Position numbers and translations under genes: made by a program. A stretch of 64,000 nt of DNA, from positions 84,630,001-84,694,000 of the forward strand of contig OZ024747.1 in the NCBI GenBank assembly GCA_964016885.1. The letters run 5' to 3'. Shown here piece after piece: positions 1-12,905 of this stretch. Numbering within the stretch: the first letter of the stretch is position 1; each line of letters opens with the position of its first letter. This DNA is from Eledone cirrhosa (Eukaryota). The notes under the pieces were generated by a model. The model worked only from the letters and a program-made list of their open reading frames with translations. It had not been told where the DNA came from and made no database searches.

Positions 1-362
1 TAAATACAATCTGAAGTTGTCCTATTTTGACAGTAGTCCTATTTTGAAGTAGTCCTATTTTGTTTATCAAAATATTAATTTTTCTTTTTACCATAATATA
101 TTTTATATTTTGTAATTACTAGTTATTATGGGCCAAGTACTGGTATTTGTTTATCATTGGTTGTTTATAAATAGATGAAATGTTTTGTGCTATTATTGTT
201 ATTTGAACATAAAATAATAATAAAGATATTTTAAAATTTCCCCTTTGTTACTATATTATGATGATGTAAACACATTACTGAAAAAAAAACAGGGTGGTGG
301 GTAAATTTACTTTTGAAAAGTTGCCTTGAAGTAAACAAAACCAGAAATGTTTACGGAGACCT

Positions 363-586
363 TTAACCCTTTTGAAACCAACCCACCTAAAACTGTCCCA
401 ATTCTATGTCAATACTCTTGTTTTAAAGCATTCATATTTAATTGTAGGATATCTTTAAGTCATGTACTAAGCTCCAACTTATTAATATGGTTAAATATGT
501 TGCTAAATCCCTTCAAATTATTTACAAAATTAATTCAAAAACATAGGTGGTGTATTTCATTGGAAATGTGGTAATGAAAGGGTTAA
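363..586. mobile_element. piggyBac-type MITE (~220 bp), representative copy of an abundant family
   Basis: TTAA|CCCTTT...AAAGGG|TTAA termini. Related copies or fragments lie near 9.0-9.2, 18.4-18.6, 23.0-23.25, 25.0-25.25, 25.7-25.9, 29.7-29.95, 30.56-30.98, 33.6-33.75, 36.7-36.9, 37.1-37.86, 38.2-38.67 and 47.15-47.27 kb. Confidence 0.75.
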
Positions 587-3149
587 ATATGTATGTATTA
601 AACTATTTCAAATTCGAGAACAGAGTGAATAATGGGGCTATGCAACTGGAGAACTAATGGGCCATACTGTTATTTAAAAGAAAGTGTAAAAACTTGAAAA
701 AGGGATTGAGAATAGGATGTTTGATTGGGAGTCAGTAGGGGGTGCAAAAAAATGATAGAAATAAGGAAAAGAACACAGGTAAAATGTTTACACAAATCAT
801 TCTTTGTGGTTTTGTTTGCTTCACTTGCATGCTTGTTCTGAATAAATGTGTAGGACATTCATAAGCAAGTCAGGCGTTCTGGATGCTTTTATTTATTATT
901 TATTATTTAAGACAAATTCCAATATTACTCATGACTTGGTGCTATAATGGTTCTTCCCTCTTCTCTTCCGTTACTGATTGCTTAGAAGTTATTTCATTGA
1001 TTCTCACTGAATACAACAAATACTGCCATTTTCTTAATGGAAACTACTAAGTCTCTTTTCATTTGCATTTAGTGTTTTGTATATATGTATATCTTCAGTC
1101 ATGTCTACATGACTAGATTGATGTGTGGAGACAGGCAGAATATTTAGCTTTTTTAAAAATCTTATTTTCTTATTTTTTATCAGTACAGTTCCTTTTTACT
1201 GGGGCCACACACATACTTGCATGAACACACAGCTACATGATGCACACACACACACTTGCAAATACTTCAGTAATGAATATGTGTGAAGACATAATTCATT
1301 TAGTAACACTGATTGATGGGAACTCTCACAAAATGTTTATTTATTTATTTTACAATTAATATTCCCCTTCCTGATGAGATGTAGTTGATAGCACTGCATA
1401 AGATATTACAGAGGTAAGCTAGTTGGACTAGGTGTAATCCAAGCATTTAGTTTAATGCTTCAGCTGTGGAATTTACTTTGCCTTTCATCTCTTCAGCTGT
1501 ATTCATAAAGTATTAGTAATAATATACTAGTGTGGAATCTATAGCTTCCTATCATAAATCAACAAAACAAAACAGCAACAAAATGTTTTCTTTTTTTCTT
1601 TTCATTCTACATTCTTAAATTATATTGTAATAATGCAGGAAATCCCTTGCAACCAAGGTAGATGTCAATCTGTGAGAGATACATCATTATCATCATCGTT
1701 TTTATGTCTGTTTTTCCATGTTGGTATGAGTTGGACAGGACTTGTTGAGGCAGTATTTTAGTAGCTTCTTATGACATACAGGGATACGGTGTACCTATTC
1801 TAAACTGGATACACATAACTATTTAACTTATTAGTTATTACAGATCACCCATTGTATAAGGCCATTTCAGAATCTGTTTAATGACAATAGGAAGATGGCT
1901 TAGACAATTGGTGCACACTACTCTTGTATTTATTCTTGATAGCTAGGTGGACTGAGGTCTGTTTGTTGTTTCTGTAACATTTTTGGTTAATGGAAGTAAG
2001 GTTCTTGCACTCTATCCCTCCTTCCTTCTCACAAAAAGACCAGTGAGGGCCTACCTTGAATGGAAGATGGTTATTGAGTTAATGTACAAATATGGTCATC
2101 TAATAATTCAAATGATCTTTCAGCTAATTTTTACCAGTCTTTTTAATTAAAATTTTATTTTAAAAATTATCTTTAAAGTCATTTATTTTAGTCCAGTGTG
2201 TGGGAAGCTTGGACAAGTATCTTCTACAGTTGATTTTGAGTGGTATAAAACCTTTTATTTAAAAAAAAATTCTTAAATTTTTGTGTTCACATAAAAATAA
2301 ATGTATGCTGTTGGCACATTATTATTAGATTCTGGATATTAATCTTGTAGTGTACTGACATCTTTTACTGTCACATAATGCCACATGAAACTGGGTAAGT
2401 CCCCACATGATGAGCCTCTAGGCTTGAAAAAGATTTCAACTTTATTGAGGTTAGGATTCACTTATATTAAAAAGTCATCGTTTGTGGACTTAAAACCTTT
2501 AACTTAATGTGTGTGTCAAATGTGTGTTTTGCATATGTTATATACACCCCCTTTCAATACAGTTGCTTACCCCTGTCAAGTGACAGGAATATGTCTGCCT
2601 TGAGCCATTATAAGCCCCACCTCCCTCTAGGTAGTTCACAAATTACTGTTAATGCTACCATTTAAAGGTCAACCAACTGCTATCACTTCAACATTCTATA
2701 AACTTTCTTCCTCTGTAATTTATAGCTAATTGTTTCTTCCTCTCCCCCCTTGTTTTATGGTTGGTAAATTGTTTAGTGTTGCCCTACTGAAAGAGTAAAT
2801 AAAGTTGTGGAGAATGATGTTTGTGCATGTAGACTGGCTGTTTTCTAATTGATAACTTCCATGTGTTCATACAGCCTCTTGCATACAGATCTGTGTAAGG
2901 TGTAGTATGTGTGTGTATGTATATATATATATATATATATAACTAGTGTGTGTATGCTATATGTTCTTACTCTTTAACTATATGTAGTAGTGGTTGAATC
3001 AATGGACATGTGATAACTTGACAAGGTAATTAAAACTAATTATAGATTTATATTTTATTTATTAGCTTGTTGTATTGCCCCAGGTTAGTTCTGATCGAGG
3101 AAAATACGACATGCAGATAGTCATTCAAACGACTTGGTGCTATCTATAG

Positions 3150-5080
3150 ATTTGTTGTCTGTTTAGCTGAGAGCCATTTTATACACTGACATTCAGCAAT
3201 GAATTATTTGGGTGCAGTATTAAATTATGGGAATATAATTCATCCCCTGTCCAGTTTGTTTCTGTATGCCTGTAGATCCTTGTGGTAGCCACAGAGGCAG
3301 GCAAGATGCAGATTTAAGCAGAGCACAAATGTTGTTATTCTTCTAAATGTTTGTTAGTATGCATTCCAACTCAGTATTTGGAGCTTAAGTGGCTATTGAA
3401 GCTGCAGCTATTTATTTTTTTTTTTTATTTGCCTGTGTTGTGTAGGATGTGGTATGGATTTTTGAAGGTGATGTTTTTCATGTCATGTCATGGCACAAGC
3501 TTGAGGCTTGAAGTTTGCTGATGCAACAAATTGCTCTTTGCATATTTTTTAAATTCTTATGTTAGTTTCTATGAGTATTGCCTGTGTATAACCTGTGATA
3601 CCTTTTGTGCTATTGTATATATTTTTTTATAGTTTAAGTAATTGGGACTCAAAGTAGGGCTGGTATAATTCATGGTAGATCTCGTATAAAGTTTGTACAT
3701 CGTAGTTGTTTATTTCTATTGGGAAATGTGGCACCTGCAAGTCTGTCATTTTGATTTCTTTACTATATCTTCTATGTAAATGTTGTGTTGATGTATATAA
3801 CTCCTAGTATTTTCATTTGTATATGGTATTCTTATTTTGAGTGTGATGGTTGATTGTAATTTGTTCATTAATGTTGGTGGTAAAAAGTAGGAGTTGACTT
3901 GGTAGGTGCTGGAGCCAGGTTTCTGGGTGATTCATGTGCAGTTGGGTTTAGATAGTAGTTGGTGATATATCATCAATATATGAAGCTGTGTATATGTTTT
4001 GAAGTGTGAGAATATTTAAAAAGAGTAGGTACAAGGACTTCTTTTTGGTACTCCATTCAAGAAATTGCATGTTCTGAAAGTGTTATACTTATATATTAAA
4101 TATGCCTGATGACCTCACAGGTAGTTTGCGAGCCAGCTTTTTGTGTTGTTTCTTAAGGAGGTGTTGAGTATTTTGTTTATAAGTAAACATAGAATGATGT
4201 GAGAAACTTAGTTGATGTTGATGGTAGTTAGAATGGTGCATGTGGAATATTTTAATATTCTGTAATTGAATGTCTGTAATTTTTTCAGACTGTTGCTTTT
4301 TAGTTTTTAGATATCTCTTTTTTTGATTACCTGCCAAAAAGAAAAAGTCAAAATCAGTCCAGGTGGAAGATATGTATTTTTGGTGGTTGATTTTAAGAAT
4401 CGCCGTTTTAGATTGACCTTAATTTTAATGAGGTTCGTTATTCTTGTGTGTAATTCTAGTTATTTGTTTTGTGGATATTTTTGAAAGTGTCTAATTATTT
4501 TATTGAATGCATATGCCACAGTGTCTATAGTTGTGTTGTTGAATCCTACAAGCCTTGATTCTGTTTCCTGGTGGTGTGTTAATCCTATAGGGCTTTTGAG
4601 TGTATTGTGATAATTGGTAGGTGGTCAGAAGAAATTTGGAACAGGTGTCTAGACAAAAGTTGTAGTTAATTCGGTATGATGTATGTCAGTGTTGGGTGTT
4701 CCGGAATTGTGGTAGTATTGTCAGTATTTTCAGAATATCAAAGTGCTATTTGCATTGAAGTTCCCTCCAAGAGATAGCTTCGGAAAGTGTTAAGATGCTG
4801 TAGTTGAAGTGTTTGAGCTGGTTAGATAGTTGAAGTTGCTAGTTTTAATTTTATATGCTTGCATTTTTAGGGTTTTGTGTTGTATTATTCATTTTCAAGT
4901 GCCTTTTGTGGTATCTGTACTGAATGCATTATTTTTATGTATGTCACAATGGCTTCCTTCATATTCATATGGACTGTCTAGCCATATTGGAGAATATAAA
5001 GCTAGTCATAGAATATAAAAATCGTCCAAATATAGTTATATTTTATTCCACTGTTAAGATAAGTATCAGTAATTTAATTT
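3150..5080 (-). mobile_element. Old, degraded APE-RT LINE (I/Jockey-like) remnant
   Basis: The minus strand carries a decayed endonuclease motif LGGNFNA (~4755-4775) and RT motifs NGVP..VLVPTLF (~4020-4060) and SYIDDI (~3965-3985). Many stops; boundaries approximate. Confidence 0.6.
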
Positions 5081-5084
5081 GCAT

Positions 5085-5280
5085 GTTTGATGCATATGAA
5101 GGATGACAGCTGCATAAAAAGGTGCAGAGCACTAGAAGTCGATGGAAACCGCGGAGTGGGGAGATCCAAGAAGACCTGGTATGAGGTGATAAAAGCCGAC
5201 CTTACCCAATTACACCTCTCAATGGCGATGACACACGACTGTGACCTCTGGTATCACGCAGTAATACAGAAGACCTGAAA
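5085..5280 (+). mobile_element. RTE LINE 3' ORF fragment
   Basis: MKDDSCIKRCRALEVDGNRGVGRSKKTW...DLWYHAVIQKT is homologous to the C-terminus of the 6727-8479 element. Confidence 0.8.
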
Positions 5281-5984
5281 TCACGAAATGCCCCCCTACC
5301 CTATTTTTCCATTTTTCAATATACTACTGATTTTTAAATCAGTAGATTACTGGGCCAAATCAAGTTATGTTAGAATCTTTAAAAAATACTCGTACGAATT
5401 AAATACAAAAAAGTTTCAGTCCAAAACAAAAGCAAACTATTTCAAATCATATATTTTTGAAAAAAAAAAAAAAAAAAAAAGCTTCTTTTTTTTTAATTCT
5501 ATATTTCACTGTTAGCTGTTGTAATATTTTGAGTGGATAGACAATTCTACAATTCAAACTGTAATGTCAAAATGCAAAATATGAAGAATTTCTTACCTTT
5601 CTCTGAAATCACAAACTCGGGGAAAATAGTACCTTGCAAAATAAAATACTTAGTAAGCAACGAATGAATTGAGAAGCTTGATGACAGTGAGAAAGCTCTT
5701 ATATATATATATACACAGATAGACACACAGAAACGCGCATGCACACACACACACAAACTTGTGTGTGTGCCTTGGTTTTGGTACAGAAAGAATTTTGCCT
5801 CCAGTTTTTATTGCCAGGTCAAAGGCCACTGCTCTTTTCAACAAAGCCATATATATATATATATATATGTGGAGAGAGAAAGAGGGAGGGACAGAGAGAG
5901 TAAGAAATGTGCGTGTGTGTGTTTGGTACACGTCTATCTATCTATCTCCAACAGGTAGACCAGACTGAAAAAAGAAAATGTGTG

Positions 5985-6022
<38 letters not shown>

Positions 6023-6105
6023 CACACACACACACATATCCTTACACACTTAAATATAAATGCATAGCTATATACATATATAAATGTATGTATATATGTA
6101 TGTAG

Positions 6106-6139
<34 letters not shown>

Positions 6140-6726
6140 CTACATACATAGATACTTACATACATTTACGTATGTATATAGCTATGCATTTATACATTTG
6201 TATATATACATGCATTTATATTTAAGTGTGTAAGGATGTTGACATGATTATTATTTTTTTTTTTGGGGGGGGGGGTACGTTTGTCTCCAGATGTTATTAC
6301 CTAGGGAGATTAAATACCACAGCTCTGGCTGAAAGCTGACCAGGTTCTCAACCCCATCAAACACTAAAGCAGGCCTGTGTGTGTATATATTGTATGTATG
6401 TGTGTATGTATGTATGTACGTATGCATGTGTGTGTATGTTCGTATGTACACCTTTCATCACCATTGCTTCTTCTTGTTGTCATTTCTGTTGAAGTTGTTC
6501 TTGTAACTGTTAAAGTTGACATCCTTATGTTCATTTTCTTTGATTTCTTTTGTTTTTCTTTTATCTCCCTAGTGAATTGCTTTGACAAGCTTTTATTTAT
6601 TTTCTTTGTTTTCTTCATTCAAATGCATTCACACTGGCTGTCTAAGAGACGTACAAATATGACTTATAAAACTTACCAAACTAAAGGGGGTTCCAGCGCC
6701 CCTCTTGCTCCCCCCCGTTGAAAACC

Positions 6727-8479
6727 TTTGATCTAGATGAAATGCAGTTTGGGTTTGTGTCAGGTAAAAGTACCACAGACGCTCTTTTCCTTGTACGACA
6801 ACTACAGGAGAAGTACCTAGCTAAAAGTAAACCCCTCTACTTCGCTTTTGTAGACCTGGAGAAAACCTTTGACAGTCCCCCGCTCCATTATCTGGTGGGC
6901 TCTTAGAAAACTAGGTGTAGATGAATGGCTTGTGAGAGCTATACAAGCCATGTATAAAGAAACAGTCAGTAAGGTTAGAATTAACAACGAATATTGTGAA
7001 GAATTTAGTGTAAAAGTTGTTCATCAAGGCTCTGTCCTTAGCCCCCTACTATTTATTATTGCCCTTCAGGCTAGAACAGAGGAGTTTAAGACCGGCTGCC
7101 CATGGGAACTCCTATAGGCAGATGATCTAACTCTCATAGCTGAATCTATGGCTGAACTAAAGAAATTCCAAACATGGAAGCATGGTCTAGAATCAAAAGG
7201 CTTTAAAGTTAACTTGTCTAAGACTAAAGTTCTAGTTTGTAGAAAGGAAAATAGGGCATAGGTGCCCTCAGGGAAATGACCATGCTCAGTGTGTAGGAAA
7301 GGAGTAGGCAGAAACTCCATTTTATGTCCCAAATGCAAAGTATGGGTACATAAAAGATATAGTGGGATCACAGGTAAGCTATCTAAGAACGTAGATTTTA
7401 TATGTGGCCGATGCTCAGGTGCAATAAGTAGCAAGTGCCCACAGGACACCAACTCCTTCTATTGCCCAGATGGTTCCATAGAAATAGTGGACACTTTCCG
7501 TTACCTGGGTGACAAAATCAGCAGTGGTGGAGGGTGTTCTGAAAGTACAGTAGCCAGAGTCAGAACGGGATGGAAAAAGTTCAGAGAGCTTATACCGCTG
7601 TTGGCCACAAAAGGTTTCTCTCTAAAAATGAAAGGCAGATTGTATGATGCCTGTATACGAACAGCAATGCTACATGGCAGTGAGACATGGGCTTTGTGTG
7701 CAGAGGACCTGCACAGACTGGGAAGGAACGAAGCATGCATGCTCCGTTGGATGTGTAATAGTAATATACGTGAACGGCAAAGCATAAATGAACTAAGTTA
7801 GAAATTAGGAATAAGAGGGATCAGATGCTGTTTACTTGAGAGAAGACTACGTTGGTATGCGTGATGCTCATGAAAGACGACAGCTGTATAAAAAAGTGCA
7901 GGGCAATCAAAATTGATGGAAGTTACGGAGTAGGTAGACCCAGAAAAACCTGGGGCGATTTGATAAATTCCGACCTTACACACTTGCACCTCTCTAAGAC
8001 AATGTCACTGGACCGAGATCTTTGGCGCTACGCAGTAATACAGAAGACCCGCCTTGCCTATATACAAAGCGAAACCTACAGTCAGTAGGCACCTCTTAAC
8101 CAAATATACACCCCAATCCACTACCCCTACCCTATCCTCCCACTCCCACTAAAACCACCCTCTCTCTGTAAAGTTGGTACCACAACATCCAGTCCAAATA
8201 AATGAGATAATGAGATCGAGATCGGGTAGGTGTCATGACTAAAAAAAACACAGTCTACGCTGTAATGTGGCCGTGTAGGTAACAGTAAAAAGTTCCCAGT
8301 TCCACACTGTAAATGTGGTTGGTGTTAGGAAGGCCGTCCAGCCGTAGAAAACCTACCCGATAGTCCTATATGAGCAAGACACGGTCACCCGACCAACCTT
8401 GCCTCAAGTGGGACAACTCCTGCCTAACCCATGCTAGCGTGGAAGATAGACGTTAAACGAAGATGATGATGTTGATGAT
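6727..8479 (+). mobile_element. 5'-truncated RTE-clade (BovB-like) LINE: RT pseudogene plus 3' UTR
   Basis: Frameshifted RT: QFGFVSGKSTTDA, FVDLEK, HQGSVLSPLLF, (Y->stop)ADDL, a Cys-rich insert, LHGSETW and GRPRKTW. The 3' end is cccatgctagcgtggaa...cgttaaac followed by a (GAT)n tail. Confidence 0.92.
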
Positions 8480-9283
8480 TCCAAACATGGTTTTGTGTAA
8501 ACCTCCATGATTCTATTTTATACAGACTTATTTCCCTGAAAATTGTAGAAAAAGATAAAATAGTAGGTAGATAAGTTAATTGCTATACAAGGTATACAAT
8601 TTTGGTATTTTTCAATACTAATATAGACGAAGCAAGACTTGTATATATTTTTATAGCATTTAGACTAGATTTCTATTTCCAAATTACACAATTCCATTAT
8701 AAAGTAGGAGTGGTATTCAGATTCTTGTTAGGTAATGTGTAATTCTCCTACCAATCTATGAAAATGCACTCACTGTTGAATATATAACATTTTGTATTCC
8801 TTGTTGTTTAACCCCAATCGAGGAAATTGATAAGAGATATCCAAGCCGTGACCATTCCATCATTTTTATGATTGGATCATTATTTGGTGTCTTGTTTCTT
8901 GACAGTAGGGTGTAATTTGAGAGAAATTTAGCTTACAGGTCAAGCTTACAGGTTTCTTGTTTACTCATTTTGTGTTTGTATTAGCCCTTTTGTTACTAAT
9001 GAAAAACACTGCCTATGATTTTCAAATAATTTTAGAAATAAGAATTTGAAAAGATTTAGTAACTATACTGGTGTTTGGAATTAAGTCTATTGTCCAACTA
9101 AACTGGCTTAAAAGTTTTTACATAAAATTATGATGGAAGGTTTTTAAGAAAATGTAAACTCTTAAATCAACAGATTTGTATCATTGAACCAAGGGCAGTT
9201 AGGTATCAAAAGGGTTAATATGAAGTTAAATAGAATAGACCCAGTTTGACTTACATTTTAGGTTATTCTAGGTGTATTCAAGT

Positions 9284-9317
<34 letters not shown>

Positions 9318-10475
9318 ATTCAGTATTATTTAGCCCTAGGTCAGTCTTGTTCGTAGGTCAAAACTGGAGCACCTTGATCATAGATTTAGTCAAAGAGCTT
9401 CCCTCTATGAATAAAAGATACCCATGTTCATTGATATTGATGGATCATAATTCCAAAGCAGTTTAATTTTAAAATTCCAATTGCTTCTTCATGTTTTTAA
9501 AAGAATTGCAAAGTCATTTATTTAGCTGTTATGGAAGCTGTTGTTGAAGTGAAAGAAATCTCTAGAATTCTAAATGTTTTTTTGTTTTTTTTCCTTCTTG
9601 CATGTAGTCTTACTATATCATGTTAATAAACATTGACACAGTCGAATGGGGAAAATTTCAACCAAACTTTGTATGATTTTCCGAGTTAGTACATGGCACT
9701 ATGTTTATTTCTCTTTATAGGGGGGTTAAGTCTTAAATAGATAATTTGTTGAAAGTAATTGGGACTTGTACGATTGAGAAGATGAAGTTTTAGAATACTA
9801 CCTAAGGGATATGACCCTGATACATCTTAAAGATACTAATCAGTGACTGAGTTTGTCTTATCTCTTCATTTTAATTAAAACTATTAGCCAGTTAATGAGA
9901 AGGACTCTAAATTATATGCTTGCAATCATTTCATTAAAAGTTTAGCATACATTTTCTAGTTTGGTAGGTGGCATATTGGCAGTCATAATGTCTGCTAGAA
10001 TGCTGTACAGTATTTGTTCCGGTTGCCTGTGCTCTGAGGTCAACTTTGCTTTTCATCCTTTTGAGGTTGATAAAAAAAAGTATCAGTCCAATACTGGGGT
10101 TGATTCTTCCTCTATATTTCTTTCTCACTTCTCTCTATCACTCTCTTTCCTTCTCTGACCAGGAGAGGGATGGACTTAACCAGATTGAAAATGCCCAAGG
10201 CATGCGGTATATCACTACAGTGCCCCTATGTTACGAGTTACATACATACTTCTAGTTTGATAGGAATATGTTGATGTTTTGCTGTATATTAAAAAGAAAA
10301 AAAACAACTACTCTAAAACCAACAACTAATGTATTTTATACTACAGAGCAAGAAAGTGTGAAGATGGCTAAATGTTACAATTCGATAAGAAGTATACATA
10401 GTAAATAGTTTCTGTATTTTCAGATCAAAATCATATATCGATATCAATAATGTCAGAAATGAAAAGATAATGTAG

Positions 10476-10694
10476 CAAAGGCCTATAACAATAATTGTTT
10501 CTACTATTGGCACAAGGCCAGAAATTACCCAGTACATTACTGGTACTTTATTTTATCGACCCCGTAAGGATGAAAGGCAAAGTTAACCTCGGCGGGATTT
10601 GAACTCAGAATGGCAAGGGCCGTAACTCTATGCGTCAAAGCATGGCGTCCGACCCTCTACCGATACTGCCAATCCAAAGGCCTATAACAATAAT
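10476..10694 (-). mobile_element. tRNA-derived SINE (Meta-like core) with 20-bp TSD
   Basis: B-box gagttcaaatccc and core gcctttcatccttacggggtcgataaaataaagtaccag on the minus strand. Direct repeat caaaggcctataacaataat at 10476-10495 and 10675-10694. Confidence 0.88.
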
Positions 10695-11454
10695 ACAAAT
10701 AGAACTAAGAATAATACATAGACCTCCCACCTCAACCATCGCTACCACATATACATGTATGTCTGGACAATTCAAGTAATCACTATATTACATGAGACCC
10801 TACTGTAATTCCAAAGGTTTAGAAATGACTGACTGAGAAAACTGACATTTTTGTGACAGCAAGCAGATAGTGATTGTGTGCGTGCACATTATTTGCACTT
10901 AGCAGGATGCACTTAGTTTCTTAATATTTTTCTTTAGTTACGCATAGGACATGTTACATATAATGTAGCTATACTTTTCTAGAGGTTGTGGCATTGCCAT
11001 AATGAGATCCACTATATTGACCTCGGTGTTTGTTCAAATCTAGTACTTTATCAGTCTATTTTTGTTTAATTGCTAAGTTACAGGTCATAAACATAAACAC
11101 AGATGATAGGCTTCTGCAGTTTCACTCACAAGACATTGGTCAATCTGAGGTTATAGAAGACATTTTCTCAAAATACCACACTGTGGGACTGAACAGGAAA
11201 CAGTGTGGTTGCAAAATGAATTCTTTAACCATACAGCTTTCCCCTGCATTTATTGTAATGTAAATGTGTGTTGCTCATGAGAACCTCAAAAACATTGGCC
11301 TCAAATCTGGTACAATGTGTAAGAATATGTATGCTTCGAACTTATTCTTTTTTCTAAATCAACTAGGATTTGAAAAGATTTCATGTTTGTGTCTCAGCTA
11401 TTCAGCTTAATCCTTTCATTACCATATTTCTAATGACATTCACTGTATTTCATT

Positions 11455-11632
11455 ATTGGCAGTATCGGTAGAGGGTTGGACGCCATGCTTTGACGCATAG
11501 TTACGGCCCTTGCCATTCTGAGTTCAAATCCCGCTGAGGTTAACTTTGCCTTTCATCCTTACGGGGTCGATAAAATAAAGTACCAGTAATACACTGGGTA
11601 ATTGCTGGCCTTGTGCCTAACGTAGAAACAAT
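11455..11632 (+). mobile_element. tRNA-derived SINE (same family)
   Basis: tggcagtatcggtagagg...gagttcaaatcccgctgagg...ggtcgataaaataaagtaccag...agaaacaatt. Confidence 0.88.
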
Positions 11633-12589
11633 TAAGATAGTATTTGTGGCAAATGGTTATAAATGATAGTGTGTAGTAAAAACATTTTAATAATACTTTA
11701 AAAATATAATCTTGTATGGTGCTTGTTAAGTGGATTTTACATCATTAAAGTTTTTAAATAAAAAAGGCAAATTGGCAGTCGTTAGAATATCTGATAGAAT
11801 GCCTGGTGGTATTTGTTACCACTCTGAGTTCAAATCTCACCAAGCTTTGTCTTTCATCCTTTTGAGGTGGATAAAAAAAAATACCAGTCGGGTATTGGGG
11901 TTAATTTTTTCTCTGGAAGAAATTGGCAATGTTCAGACCTAAAGAGGGAATGGGCTGCACCAGGTTTAAAGTGCTTCTATGATGGCGCCCTTACATCTCC
12001 ATTAAGAGTTTCAGGTCCATACATATATACAAATTGAAAAACATTTGATGGGATAGGTTGGGTGTAAAATGAAATATCGTTATCTGAAGTACTTGTTAAT
12101 TGAAGTAGCACTACTTCAACCACCTTAACTATCTATATTGGCTGGTTTCTAGTTATTTGGAGGGAGGGCTTTACTACTCAGTAGCCACCCCCTCTCTCTT
12201 TATATCTATGTAAAAAAATGTCTATTATAAAAGCCCTCAAAATTCTTCATAATTTTCAATATTATTTGAAAATCATAGGCAGTGTCTCTTGTTAGAAATC
12301 TGGTAACAAAAGGGTTCTTTAATTTTTCTTCAATGTTTCTATTCATCTCTCTTGTAAGAGAATCTGATCGATCATTGCATACCACCAGCTCTGAACCACA
12401 TATTTTCTTGACAACACTCTTCTATCTCCAGTCATTCATTCTTTCTCTTTTCTTACCTGCTCTACTGCTAGGTAAAAGTAAAAATGGAATGAAATTTACA
12501 GCTCTCCTATGCAAGTTTAGCTAGCCTTCTACGAAGTTGCATCTCATAGATTTCACTATCTTCAATTTGGATTCGTGCTAACCTTTATC

Positions 12590-12905
12590 ATAGAGTGCGA
12601 AGCTTGGACATCAGTTACTCTAGGTAGAGTTGCTACTCTCTGAATTGAGAAGACATCACAGCTCCAATGCTATAGGCATGTGGATAGAATGTCTCAGGAA
12701 AAAATCACTGGGCAGATTTTACGGACAAAACCAACATGAGACCGAGGGGTAGGAGGCTCCAAGCAAGATGGTTGGATACCATTCATAAGCTCAGCTGGTT
12801 TCACTTGGGGTTTTAGCCGGATCAGTTGGAAACAGTTGCTTCTGGAAGGAATGTTTGAGGACCCTGCCCCCACGACCCTCTCAGGACTAAGTAGGCAAAG
12901 AAATA
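12590..12905 (+). mobile_element. RTE LINE 3' fragment
   Basis: Similar to the 3' end of the 48460-49811 element (gaatgtctcagga...ccaagcaagatggttggata...gaccctgccccacgaccc). Confidence 0.7.

Noticed and set aside
17-62. Three copies of gtcctattttg at 17-18-bp spacing
   Set aside because: A tiny tandem duplication at the window edge with no further context.
1365-1415. CTGATGA followed by a stem (atgtagt/actgcat)
   Set aside because: The GAAA core and stems I and III are missing; at most a dead hammerhead relic.
3299-3320. aggcaagatg, matching the miR-31 5' end
   Set aside because: The match stops after 10 nt and lies in a LINE remnant.
10560-10675. tRNA-like A/B boxes as candidate tRNA genes (here and in other SINE heads)
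   Set aside because: They continue into a SINE core and tail with TSDs, and no full cloverleaf is present.
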